Source: an uncultured Alphaproteobacteria bacterium
GTDB taxonomy: Bacteria > Pseudomonadota > Alphaproteobacteria > Paracaedibacterales > CAITNM01
Length of the DNA: 64,000 nt
Direction: 5' to 3'
NCBI GenBank assembly: GCA_903874955.1
Contig: CAIQTY010000025.1
Location: 83,037-147,036 of the forward strand
Under the pieces are notes generated by a model. That model had not been told where the DNA came from and made no database searches. It saw only the letters and a program-made list of their open reading frames with translations. Below, piece by piece: positions 46,166 through 56,290 of this stretch. Position numbers and translations under genes: made by a program. Each line of letters opens with the position of its first letter. Within the stretch, counting starts at the first letter, position 1.

Positions 46166-47253
46166 AGTTTAGCTGATGATTCTATGATCTTTTCCCATTT
46201 GGAAAAAATTTTATCAGGATCATAGGTTTTACAAATTTCTTTGCCTTTTTGAGATAATCCAACAAGTTTTTCAGGATCTTTAAGGTAATCAATAATGATT
46301 TTTGTAAGAGATTCATGATCACCTACCGGAAAGAGTTTTCCGTTTACGTAATCTTCTATAACGTCGACATTTCCAGTGCAGTTTGAAGCTATAATTGGAA
46401 GTCCAATAGCCATGGCCTCACAAAGGGCATTAGGAAAACCTTCATAAAGTGATGGAAATACAAATAAATCTGCATTAATTAAGGCGTTTTGAATATTTTG
46501 AGTTATTCCTGGTAAGTGAACTGTTTTATGCAATTTAAGCTCGCTAATGAGATTTTCTAATTTTTTCCGCCCTGCCCCTTCCCCATAAATCGTTAGAGTC
46601 AAACCTGGATATTGCGTTGTAACCCTAGCGAAAGCCTTAATTAATGTTACATGGTCTTTTTGATTATCTAACCTACCAACACAGATAAGATTTTTAATTC
46701 TTTTTGAGTATATGCTTTTTTGAATCTCTGGCCTTGAGACTGGGTTAGCAATAATTGATATAAATTTCTGAAATGATTTTGGAAAATAGTTTGCTGAACT
46801 TTGTATTTGGACAACTAATTGGCTACACAGGGGGTAAAATCTTAAACGCAACCATTTGTAGAAGCTTGGAATTTCATGAAAATGTGGGTCAATGCGCTCG
46901 GAAATAACTATTGGAATTTTAAGGCCTAAAGTTGCTATAAGTGTTGTAATATTCATAACATCAACGAATGAAATGACTCCATCTGGTCTAGAGTTTTTGA
47001 TCGCTTTTCTAAGTGAAATGAGGCGTTTGATAATATTAGTGATACGTCCTAAAAATCCCCCCCTGTCCTCATCTGTTTGATCAAGTTGAATAAGATTGAT
47101 AGATGAGTGTAGAAAATAAAATGGTTTTGAGGTGTTTGCCGCGAGTGTTACAATAGTGACCTGATGTTTTTTTGTTAAATAATTAGCTAGTGCTGATAAA
47201 ACTTTTTCAGCACCACCAGCTCTAAGGGAGGATATTGTAAGAGTAATGTTCAT
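46162..47253 (-). CDS. Glycosyltransferase family 4 (PglJ/PglH-like)
   Basis: ISSL.AGGAEKV, ISER, GRLDNQKD and PSLYEGFPNALCEAMA (EX7E) motifs. Confidence 0.93.
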   Translation of the reverse strand: MNITLTISSLRAGGAEKVLSALANYLTKKHQVTIVTLAANTSKPFYFLHSSINLIQLDQTDEDRGGFLGRITNIIKRLISLRKAIKNSRPDGVISFVDVMNITTLIATLGLKIPIVISERIDPHFHEIPSFYKWLRLRFYPLCSQLVVQIQSSANYFPKSFQKFISIIANPVSRPEIQKSIYSKRIKNLICVGRLDNQKDHVTLIKAFARVTTQYPGLTLTIYGEGAGRKKLENLISELKLHKTVHLPGITQNIQNALINADLFVFPSLYEGFPNALCEAMAIGLPIIASNCTGNVDVIEDYVNGKLFPVGDHESLTKIIIDYLKDPEKLVGLSQKGKEICKTYDPDKIFSKWEKIIESSAKL

Positions 47254-47263
47254 TTATAGGTAA

Positions 47264-48976
47264 CTATTTTTCATTAGAAGTCGATACCAAAATCCATTCT
47301 TTTATATGTCCAAATTTAACTATCTCTTCCTTAAAGTTATTTTTTTCTGATGGATAACGTTCAAGAGTGGCCAAAGAAATAATATGTTTTTGCCAAATAA
47401 GGGGTAAAGTTTTATCAAGATCTTTAAAAAATATAAATGTATTAAGGTCATTTAGATTTCTCGGTGGAGTTGGTGTTTTCAAAAAATCTTGATTTTATAA
47501 AATGTGCAAGGTAATTACGTAAGGTAATAAAATCACCAACGAATTTTTTTTCGGTATGCAATATAGAATAGAAGCAGAAATTGCGATGCCAGAAAAAATG
47601 TAAATTATATGCATCTGGTGAGCGATTATTCCGTAGTTTCTAAAAAACATTAGAGAAAGAAAACTAAGTATTCCAAACCATAAAAAGATTTTTGAAACTT
47701 TATACTGTGCAGATATTTTTTTTAAGCAAAAAGTATTTTTAAATATCATTAAAGGAATAAAAACGCTGAACGTTAAGAGCGCAGAAAACAATGTTATTAG
47801 CTTATCTTTGCTAATACCATTTGCGAATAGAAATTTAAATTTCTCGATTACATTTTTATCAAAATGATTTCCCATAAGCATTGCTGCTTCTTTGATAAGC
47901 TGTTTGAGCTGCAATACAACACAATCTTCTGGTATCCAACCGCTAAAAAGCCCCGCTGAATATGCAATGTTTCCCGGATAAAAATCCAAATGAATCCCGG
48001 GAAGACTAGAATCTAAAGTATTGGGTTTTGGAATAACAATCCAAGAAAAAACGTTTAAAGCTGTGATAATTAAAAATGGAGTTAACTTTAAAAACATTGA
48101 TAGAGGCATTTTTTGTACTTTTAGATAGTAAGCAATAAACACTAGAAATACGCCAAAAAGATTGATGATAGGAGCCTTGGTAGAAATTAGCAAAATAGAA
48201 AATATTAAAATTTGTACCGCGTGAGCTTTATTTTCTATATCTTTCTCATACTGGAGGAATAAAAAGAAAATCTTAGTTATGGTAATAACTGCAATAAAAT
48301 TTGAAACTAAAAAATTGTAGGAATTTTCAATTCCAAATATAAAAAATATTGAATAGGTTACCAGAAAAAACTGAACTATTTCGTTTCTTTTGACATTAAG
48401 TAAATGATATAGATTGCTTACCAACCATGAACTGTACAAACAAAGTAAAACGTATTTCAGCTCTATTAAATGTATGAGCGAAAATTTTGGTACCAGGTAA
48501 CACATTACCCCTAAAGCCATTCCAGGCAATATATGATTGCTCGCCAGTTCATTTGGATATGATACAAAAACCTTCAAATTACCAAAATAATTTGCATTAA
48601 AGGCTTCTAATGTTGAACTAAAATAAACAGTATCATGGTCATTAAAAGCATAATTCTCATAATGAAAAGCTGAAAAATAGTATAAAAATAATAAAAAGAG
48701 TATAACAAAATCTGGTTTTTTAAGCTTAAAGCAGATGTTCCAATCTTTATTATATATACTTATAGCCAGAAAAAGTAAGTGAAGAGAACAAATAATTTCT
48801 CTTGTGTATATGGGGCAAAAGCGCGCAGATACAGAGACTATTCCGCCACAAATCAATAACCCTAATAATAGTGCAGAAAAAAAATCTGACTTTATCCAAT
48901 AACGTCCTACGTTAGTTGTAAGAACGCAAGAAACAAAGATTAAAAAATAGTCTAATAAACTAGGTGTTATAATCAA
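47264..48976 (-). CDS. Polytopic membrane protein of the glycan locus, interrupted by an in-frame TAA at 47495-47497
   Basis: 493-aa multi-TM ORF. The same frame continues past the stop (NQDFLKTPTPP...STSNEK) to 47264. Confidence 0.6.
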
Positions 48977-50009
48977 TTTTAATTAGGCCTTTTACATAAG
49001 TTGGTGAAAGGGGAAATTCCCTTCTTTTGTGGATTTTTTCTAGGAAGACAGGAACATCTTCTAAATTAATATAGTGGCTGACGTGCTTCGAGGGAAAAAA
49101 AGTATTTTTCATGTGTTCCATAACAGTGTGCCAATCATCAGAGGGAGAGTGATAAAAAGTTGAATTCCATGTACCTTTGATGCTAAGTTCTTTTCTTAGA
49201 ATTGAGGAAAACAGTTTTTCCGGGATATTAACATCTCCGCTTACGTTACCTACCAAAATAATTTTGCTATTAGCTCCTGCAACCTGAATTGTCAAAGGAA
49301 CGATTTCTTTTGATCCTGTAAGCTCAAAGACTACATCGAAATAATCTCTGTAATTTTTAAGAAATTTATCTATATTTTCTTGATCACCAATATGAATTTC
49401 CTGAACATTTTTTGGCATAGAAGTAAGCTTGTCGACGTTTCTATCGGCAATAAAGACTTCTTTCGGATTATCCTTAAAAAGATCAAGTAGAATTCTACTC
49501 ATGAATCCAGCACCAATAACCAAAACTTTTTTATTTGTGAAAACAATTTTTCTAAGCGCATTTACGACAACTGCACTTGGCTCAAAAAGAGCTGCATCTT
49601 TTAAGGAAATGGCTGCGGGTAACTTTAGAAGATTCCATTTTTTTACGGCAAGGTACTCCGCGTAGCCACCATCGCATCTTGATCCATAATACTGATAGCT
49701 ACTGCATCTTTGATACTGATTTAAAACACACTGAGAACAAGTATTGCAGGGTAAGAGAGGGAATAATGTAACCTTATCGTTTATATTGAAATTTTGAACA
49801 TCACTTCCAATTTCAACGACTGTTCCCGAAAGTTCGTGGCCCATAACAAGAGGATAAAAATATGCCTTGTGCATAAAAGCACGGGGGATATCAGACGAGC
49901 ATATTCCCGCGTAAGCTATTTTTACTAAGCATTCATCTTCTTTAAAGCTTGGAATGGGTTTTTCTTGTACTTCAATTTGTGCATTAGATAAAAGAGTTAC
50001 ACACTTCAT
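48960..50009 (-). CDS. Zn-dependent polyol(-phosphate) dehydrogenase (galactitol-1-P dehydrogenase-like)
   Basis: GICSSD, GHE, C..C..C.......C and IGAG motifs. Start set at ATG 50009 (ATGA overlap). Confidence 0.88.
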   Translation of the reverse strand: MKCVTLLSNAQIEVQEKPIPSFKEDECLVKIAYAGICSSDIPRAFMHKAYFYPLVMGHELSGTVVEIGSDVQNFNINDKVTLFPLLPCNTCSQCVLNQYQRCSSYQYYGSRCDGGYAEYLAVKKWNLLKLPAAISLKDAALFEPSAVVVNALRKIVFTNKKVLVIGAGFMSRILLDLFKDNPKEVFIADRNVDKLTSMPKNVQEIHIGDQENIDKFLKNYRDYFDVVFELTGSKEIVPLTIQVAGANSKIILVGNVSGDVNIPEKLFSSILRKELSIKGTWNSTFYHSPSDDWHTVMEHMKNTFFPSKHVSHYINLEDVPVFLEKIHKRREFPLSPTYVKGLIKIDYNT

Positions 50010-50767
50010 TTGAATTTCTCGTTGTAAAAATAATCTTGCCAAAATTCATAGATATTTAATTCGAAGGGATCTCCATAAGTGATCCATTGATCAACGTCAA
50101 AAATGAGTATCTTTTTTCCTCTATCAATTAAATAATTCATACTGGATGCGACGTAGTATTCATTATTTACACGAATATCATTTTTAATTGTATTTTTTGC
50201 GCAATCGACAAAGTCTTTAGCATATCTAAACCAAAAGGATCCTATAACAAGAGGGTCTTTTCCTGGATCATTACTGATTGTTTTTTTCTCAACAATTTTT
50301 GTAACAGTTGCACTTTGAGATGCTTCTGTTTGGCAATAGGCAAAAGCATTGTAATTTTTTGATAGGGTACTACCCATCCTACAAGTAAATATAATGGCAT
50401 CAATTGTTTTATCCCCAACAAGTTCTTTAAACTTGTGTTGATCGTAGATCATTTCATAGTCACAAGAGGCTATGAATAGAGGATGCATGGGATTTATTTT
50501 CGCTTCAGCAAGAAGACAAGTTTCAGCTTGCCCTTGTGTTTTTTGTTTTATTTTTAGGATCTCGACCTGACCAAAATTACCTTCTAATTCTCTGCTCACA
50601 ATATTAGTAGAGGTTCTATCAGGTAAAATAAAAATCCATCTATCACCTTTTGGAAATGATGAAGAAGCTTTTGTAATCATAGGAATGTTATCAATTAGTA
50701 TTAGTGGCTTTAAAGTGTTGTAGCCGTATTCTTTAAATCTATTTCCTTCTCCAGCTGCAGGAATCAA
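50006..50767 (-). CDS. Sugar/polyol nucleotidyltransferase-like domain, probably N-terminally truncated
   Basis: LIPAAGEGNRF...KPLI, TQGQAET, IVEKK and RVNNEYYV motifs. No ATG at the domain start. Confidence 0.75.
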   Translation of the reverse strand: MIPAAGEGNRFKEYGYNTLKPLILIDNIPMITKASSSFPKGDRWIFILPDRTSTNIVSRELEGNFGQVEILKIKQKTQGQAETCLLAEAKINPMHPLFIASCDYEMIYDQHKFKELVGDKTIDAIIFTCRMGSTLSKNYNAFAYCQTEASQSATVTKIVEKKTISNDPGKDPLVIGSFWFRYAKDFVDCAKNTIKNDIRVNNEYYVASSMNYLIDRGKKILIFDVDQWITYGDPFELNIYEFWQDYFYNEKFK

Positions 50768-51375
50768 ATTTAGCTGATTCTCTATAAAACAACTTTGCTT
50801 ATTATTTTGTTGTTTCTTAGAAATAAAGAATTTATCAAAAGCTTCTTTGTTATAAAACTTTATCGATTTATATATTTTTTCAGTTTCCCCTCTGGACCAA
50901 CCATCTTTAAAATAGTTTATTCCATAATTTTTTTTAGAAGGTATATGGGAAAAGGTAGAACAGTAAAAAGATTGTCCGAGTTCGTAAATTTGAATTTTCA
51001 GAGATTATAGTTCTTTTATCGCTTCATTCTTAAGAATATGTGACAAGTAAAATTGCTGGTATTCCGGTTTAATAGCAACCGAAGCATCATAAGCCCTATT
51101 TTTTGAAACCAGAATATGAAGCATACCAAGAGGAACAGAATTATTCTCTTTATCATAAGCACAAACTACAAATCCACCTTTTTGCAATAATGCAAACTGC
51201 TTATCGTAGGTTGATATACTGCGGAAATCACCCCCAGAATCTAAAACATGAAGTGCGTAATATTGGCTAACAATAAGGGGGGTTATGTCATTACTCAAAA
51301 GAATACTTATCAAAAATTTTTTCTGATATTTTCTAATCATCTGTCTATACTTAGGTCTTATATTTTCGAATTTAT
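50768..51375 (-). pseudogene. FemAB/GNAT-like acyltransferase fragment with an in-frame TAA at 51005-51007
   Basis: FENIRPKYRQMIRKY...AYDASVA...SHILKNEAIKEL*SLKIQIYELG...KNYGINYFKDGW parallels the intact gene at 52455-53417. Confidence 0.7.
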
Positions 51376-51646
51376 ATTCAATATGGAAGAAGATTTATTG
51401 ATTTCTGCTGCTAAATATTTTGAAAAATAAGGATTTTTAAATTTTACCCCCCAGAACGAAACAAAAGAAAAATTTAGAAAAACTATGAATACTGAAACCA
51501 CCAAAATGGCCCAAACTTTTTCCATCATACTTACTATCAATGACGTGTGCGCTATCCTCAATTAAAATTAGTTTTTTTGAATCACAAAAATCCAATAGTT
51601 TATTCATGTTCTGTGGGAAGCCATACTGATGATAGGCGAGTAAGGC
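51358..51646 (-). pseudogene. Internal fragment of a DegT/DnrJ/EryC1/StrS sugar aminotransferase
   Basis: Manual translation ALLAYHQYGFPQNMNKLLDFCDSKKLILIEDSAHVIDSKYDGKSLGHFGGFSIHSFSKFF...LGG, with a frameshift in the G-run. Confidence 0.8.
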
Positions 51647-51738
51647 TGATGTTTTTTTTCTAAATAATTAGCTAGTGCGGACAACACTTTCTCGGCACCG
51701 CTAGCCCCAAGGGAGGATATAACGAGGGTTAGGTTCAT
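51646..51738 (-). pseudogene. 5' fragment of a GT4 glycosyltransferase paralogous to 46162-47253
   Basis: MNLTLVISSLGASGAEKVLSALANYLEKKHQ versus MNITLTISSLRAGGAEKVLSALANYLTKKHQ. Confidence 0.85.
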
Positions 51739-51744
51739 GGTTGA

Positions 51745-52465
51745 TCATACTTTTTGTGCTTCTATAACAACAAACTCAAAATATTCTTGACCTTTGTTGT
51801 ATGTTCGACCTACTATCTCACAATAGCGAACCTCAAAACCAAATTCTCTTAGTTTAGATTCATATTCTTTAGGGTGAATAAATCGAAATGGATAATTTTG
51901 GCCAAAAAATGCTGCATCTTTTCTTGTGATAGAGCTTAGTGTATCGGTATCAATAAATTCAGCATTTTCAGGAAATTGGTATGCATCTGAACGTTTTGAA
52001 GGAAAGTAAGAGAAAAACACCCCCCCGCGTTTCAATATTTTTTTTATAGAATTAAGATATTTTTCAGACTGTTCTTTTGTTAGGCAATAGGATGAAAAAA
52101 TATCCACAACTGCGTTAAATGAGTTTTCAGGAAATATCATCTGAGACATATCTTGCAATTGCAGCGTAGCAGATACTTCTTTATGATTAAGCATTTGCTC
52201 ACATAGATTTAAAGATTCCTGAGAAATATCAACACCGTAAGCATTAAAACCTTCTCTTGCAATCATCCATAAATTAGCTCCTGAACCACATCCAGTTTCA
52301 AGAATTTTTATCTCACTTCTCTCTTCATTTGGAATATTAAAAAAATTTCGGCCCATAAACCGACAAAGCTCTTCATTAGGATACAAACGTTGTGCTTTAA
52401 ATTAAATGCTTATATGATTCATCGTAAAAATTTCTTACTGTGTTTGAGTGCAAATTATATGTCAT
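51745..52465 (-). pseudogene. Class I SAM-dependent methyltransferase, apparently frameshifted near the N-terminus (about 52400)
   Basis: ILETGCGSGANL motif. ATG 52465 reads MTYNLHSNTVRNFYDESYKHLI* and the main frame resumes as FKAQRLYPNEELCRFMG. Confidence 0.65.
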
Positions 52466-53417
52466 TTATTATCTCTTTTGACCAAAAAATAGTTGGTTTT
52501 AGTTCTTTACAAAAACCTTTTTTGAAATGTTGTATATTGTACCATTTGGGATCTTTTATATCGGTATCAAAGTAGCCAAGTGAAAATTTTGAAGTATTTC
52601 CCCTCTCATATGATCTGCAAATTCCTCTGTACAAAAGGAAATGAGATATGCCGAAGTCAAATAAATTTCTTTCGTACACGCCAGTAAAGTACGTGCTAGT
52701 ATTGCCATAATCAGCAAAAATAGAACCGGCAGCAAGGTTATCTTTATAAAAACCAAGTGTAAGTTCCGCATATCCCTCTTTGATCATCTCAAATTGGATA
52801 TCCCAACTTTTATCTGAACGAGTCTTTTTTCCAGAAATTTTGTAATGATAATCTTGGAATTTTTTAAAATCTCCAAAGTTTTGATTTTCCTGATTGATGT
52901 CAATAATTTCTAAATTCTTCTCCCCCCAATTTATCAAGGATTTATAGCTCTTTCTCACAGAGGAGTGAAAGCTATTTATGGTAAAATTCTCATATGGAAT
53001 TTCCATTTCAAAACTCAGCCGACTTTGAAATTTATTGTTGAAAAGCTTCTCCCCTAAGGGAGATAATTTTCCTTCTTCTAAAAAATCTCTGATAACTATG
53101 GTTGCCGAATTATGTTTTTGAGATAGATCATCAACATAATTTAGAATTTGGTCATAAATTTTTTTACTTTTTTTATCGCTTCTTTGAAACAAATCAATAA
53201 TAATGCCACCTTCAGGAAGACTAAACTTGTCATCAATGATACAGCACTTAACAGTTGCTAAAATGAAATTATCTTCGATAATAACAAAACTAAAATCTGT
53301 AAATTTTTCTTGATAATATTCTTTATAATATATTGAAAAAAATGCAACGGAATTTAATCCCACAGAGAGCCCGTTAAAACCAGAAATTTCTAAATCTTTT
53401 AGATGTATGATATTCAT
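52455..53417 (-). CDS. FemAB-like/GNAT acyltransferase
   Basis: VRKSYKSLINWG, TRSDKSWDIQ, Y..GVYER.LF...ISH and I.HFKKGF motifs. Confidence 0.75.
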   Translation of the reverse strand: MNIIHLKDLEISGFNGLSVGLNSVAFFSIYYKEYYQEKFTDFSFVIIEDNFILATVKCCIIDDKFSLPEGGIIIDLFQRSDKKSKKIYDQILNYVDDLSQKHNSATIVIRDFLEEGKLSPLGEKLFNNKFQSRLSFEMEIPYENFTINSFHSSVRKSYKSLINWGEKNLEIIDINQENQNFGDFKKFQDYHYKISGKKTRSDKSWDIQFEMIKEGYAELTLGFYKDNLAAGSIFADYGNTSTYFTGVYERNLFDFGISHFLLYRGICRSYERGNTSKFSLGYFDTDIKDPKWYNIQHFKKGFCKELKPTIFWSKEIINDI

Positions 53418-53418
53418 T

Positions 53419-54519
53419 TTAGATAAGTAGATTTTCTTTTATTTTTGTTAGTATTCTCTCTGACACTCCAGGTTTTCCATAAACATGGCGAAATTCATTA
53501 TCTATTGTAATATCGATAAACTTTTCAAAAGCTGATAAAATCTTCCTTTTATCAGCACCTACCAGCATGCCATAACCACTCTCTATAACTTCGGGACGCT
53601 CAGTATCTTCGCGTAAAACTATAATTTTTTTACCTAAAATGCAAGATTCTTCTTGAATTCCTCCTGAGTCTGATAGTATGACCTTGCTAACGTTAATAAG
53701 AAGTATCAAATCGGCGTAAGAGAGAGGTGAGGTAAGATCAAGATTATGGATCCCTTGTAGGCGCTGATAAACGATATCTTTAACATTTGGATTTGGATGA
53801 ACTGGCCACACAAAAGTGTATTCAGGATAACTCTCGCATAAATTCTTGATAGCATCACAAATAGTTAGCAGTGGCTCACCAAAATTTTCTCTACGGTGCA
53901 CTGTTATAAGAACAACATTTTTTTTAGTGCCAATAATTTTCTCAACGAACGAACTAGCTTTTGCGTTCTTGAGTATCCAATGAACTGCATCAACAATGGT
54001 ATTACCCACATTGAATACTTTCTGATGAACCCCCTCTTTTGCAAGATTATCAACAGAGGCTTGAGTCGGTGCCATATGCAATGTTGCTAATTTTGAAATT
54101 AGGCATCTATTCATTTCTTCCGGATAAGGACTATAGACATTGCCAGTTCTAAGCCCAGCTTCAATATGCACTACTGGGATTTTACAATAAAATCCTGCTA
54201 ATGCAGTTGAAAATGCTGTTGTTGTATCTCCTTGAACTACAATGACGTTAGGATTTTCGATTTTCAAAACATCCTTTATTTTGTGCAAAATTGATTCTGT
54301 TATATGAAACAAATCTTGCCCATCTTGCATAATTTCTAAATCATAATCTGCTTTAATATTGAAAAGATTTAGGACATCATTTTGAAGTTCCCGCTGCTGA
54401 GTTGTAGCGCACGTTATACTATCGCACCCAGAATCTTCCTCAACTACTTTAATAAATGGAGCAAGCTTAATAACTTCAGGACGTGTGCCAAAAATGGTGA
54501 GTATTTTTAATTTTTGCAT
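53419..54519 (-). CDS. wecB: UDP-N-acetylglucosamine 2-epimerase (non-hydrolysing)
   Basis: FGTRPEVIKLAP, QGDTTT, HIEAGLRT, PEEMNR, HRREN and DSGGIQEE motifs. Confidence 0.96.
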   Translation of the reverse strand: MQKLKILTIFGTRPEVIKLAPFIKVVEEDSGCDSITCATTQQRELQNDVLNLFNIKADYDLEIMQDGQDLFHITESILHKIKDVLKIENPNVIVVQGDTTTAFSTALAGFYCKIPVVHIEAGLRTGNVYSPYPEEMNRCLISKLATLHMAPTQASVDNLAKEGVHQKVFNVGNTIVDAVHWILKNAKASSFVEKIIGTKKNVVLITVHRRENFGEPLLTICDAIKNLCESYPEYTFVWPVHPNPNVKDIVYQRLQGIHNLDLTSPLSYADLILLINVSKVILSDSGGIQEESCILGKKIIVLREDTERPEVIESGYGMLVGADKRKILSAFEKFIDITIDNEFRHVYGKPGVSERILTKIKENLLI

Positions 54520-55355
54520 TACTGAAATCTTCTCATCACAAGCCCCTTAAGCTCCTTAAAAAAAATTATAGGACTATAAAAAAAAACCATTAACAAATAA
54601 AGCTGGCGAAACGGATTGTAAATGTCTCTTGCTCTTAGACTTGTATAAAATAATGCAGCTTGATGTCTAGTTTTTATAAAAAAAGGATAGTATTTTTTTT
54701 GAACAGAAATCCCCCGAGCAATAACCTCTTTTTCTCTGGTATTAGATAAACTTTTAGAATGCTTACGGTAACGATAAAGACAATCTTTTACTGGTCGTAA
54801 TTTTGCCTTCAAAGCCATTCTTACCCAATATTCGTAATCCTCACAAAGAAAAAGTTCCTTGTTGTAACCCCCAATTTTTCTTGCAATAGATGCCCTGTAT
54901 AAAAAACAGGCTCCCACAACATTTCTAAATATAATATCTTCCGCACACCCTGCTAAAACACAATCATTTATAGCACCTAATTCATCAATAATTTCCATGT
55001 CAGAGTAGACAAGCCCTACTTCTGAATATGTGTCTAATTCCCATGACAATTTTTCAAGTGCATGCGGCAGATATATATTGTCACAAGATGTCCAGGTCCA
55101 GTATGCTCCGCTGGCACGTGAAAATCCTTTATTCAGGGATTCAGGTAGCTTTAAATTTGTTTCATTTTTTAAATAGATAATTTTTGGGTCTGATTCGGCA
55201 TATTGCTTAGCAATTACCGAAGAATTATCAGTGGAACAATCATCAACAATAATGAGTTCGAAATCCTTATACGTCTGGTTTATAACAGATTGAATCGATT
55301 CTTTTAAGTAAAATTCTCCATTGTAAACAGGAAGAATAACGCTTATCTTAGGCAT
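54519..55355 (-). CDS. Glycosyltransferase family 2
   Basis: ISVILPVYNGE, IIVDDCSTD, SLNKGF and EDYEYW motifs. Start set at ATG 55355. Confidence 0.93.
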   Translation of the reverse strand: MPKISVILPVYNGEFYLKESIQSVINQTYKDFELIIVDDCSTDNSSVIAKQYAESDPKIIYLKNETNLKLPESLNKGFSRASGAYWTWTSCDNIYLPHALEKLSWELDTYSEVGLVYSDMEIIDELGAINDCVLAGCAEDIIFRNVVGACFLYRASIARKIGGYNKELFLCEDYEYWVRMALKAKLRPVKDCLYRYRKHSKSLSNTREKEVIARGISVQKKYYPFFIKTRHQAALFYTSLRARDIYNPFRQLYLLMVFFYSPIIFFKELKGLVMRRFQ

Positions 55356-56280
55356 CACTAAACGTGAGTTGATTTTTAAAGAAAATGGCATCTAACAGAT
55401 ACTTCACCGGCCAACTTATTTCAGTTTTTTTAAAATAGGTCACAAACCATCCATAGCCTCCATAAAATCCACCCGAAGGGTTTTGTTTAGAAATTGCATA
55501 ATCTAAAAAGATGTTACCTTCTTTGAACATACCGAGTTTGTAGTAACATACTGCGTACTGCAGCATGGCTGTTAAACAAACCCACCTAACATTTGGAAAA
55601 GCTGGAATCGCACCATTTGATTGCTGATATTTGCTAATAATATTTAGCGCTTCAATCGCGCGTTCCTTTTGGCCAAGATCAATTAATGCTTCCACCACAT
55701 AGGCATGAAAATGAGTTATCACATTAAAATTTATTAAATCTTTTTGGTTCAAATAGTAATTTAATGCCAGATTTAGACCATCTGTGTAATCAGAACGGTT
55801 ATATTTTTTACCTGCTAATTTAAGGGGTTCTAGAGCATAAATATGAATATATTCATTACCTATACTCGAAAAATGTGATGTAGTAGGCGTAAGCACCCTA
55901 CCCGTTTTATCAATCTGTGAAAGTAGCCAATCACATCCCTTTAGAAAAGCTTTCTCGTATTTTTCACCAAACGTAATTAATTCATATAACCCCTTTAAAA
56001 TTTGGCCAGTGTCAAATGTATAAATAGTTTTTAGCTCAAGTTCTTGCCAAGCGCCTTCTAAAGTCTGAATAGATAATAACCAATCACCATAAGCACAAGC
56101 CAAATCTTTTTCACCGAATTTAAGAAGCGAGGGAATATAATAGCCAGTAACCTCTGGATATGGTTTTCTTATTGAGGAACTATGAATTATCCCACCGTCT
56201 ACGGTGTTTGCAATTATCCAATTTTTTGCTTTTTCAAATGCTATTGAAGTATATGATGAATTTTTTTTTAAAAATACCAT
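55348..56280 (-). CDS. Alpha/alpha-barrel protein with prenyltransferase/squalene-cyclase-like QW repeats
   Basis: YPEVTGYYIPSL and repeats WLLSIQ..EGAW, WLLSQ....G, Q.SNGA and QNPSGGF; SWPVKY.LDA. Confidence 0.6.
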   Translation of the reverse strand: MVFLKKNSSYTSIAFEKAKNWIIANTVDGGIIHSSSIRKPYPEVTGYYIPSLLKFGEKDLACAYGDWLLSIQTLEGAWQELELKTIYTFDTGQILKGLYELITFGEKYEKAFLKGCDWLLSQIDKTGRVLTPTTSHFSSIGNEYIHIYALEPLKLAGKKYNRSDYTDGLNLALNYYLNQKDLINFNVITHFHAYVVEALIDLGQKERAIEALNIISKYQQSNGAIPAFPNVRWVCLTAMLQYAVCYYKLGMFKEGNIFLDYAISKQNPSGGFYGGYGWFVTYFKKTEISWPVKYLLDAIFFKNQLTFSDA

Positions 56281-56290
56281 TGTATTACCA

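Noticed and set aside
47495-51007. Stop-codon reassignment (TAA read as Gln)
   Set aside because: Core genes end normally in TAA/TAG and have no internal stops.
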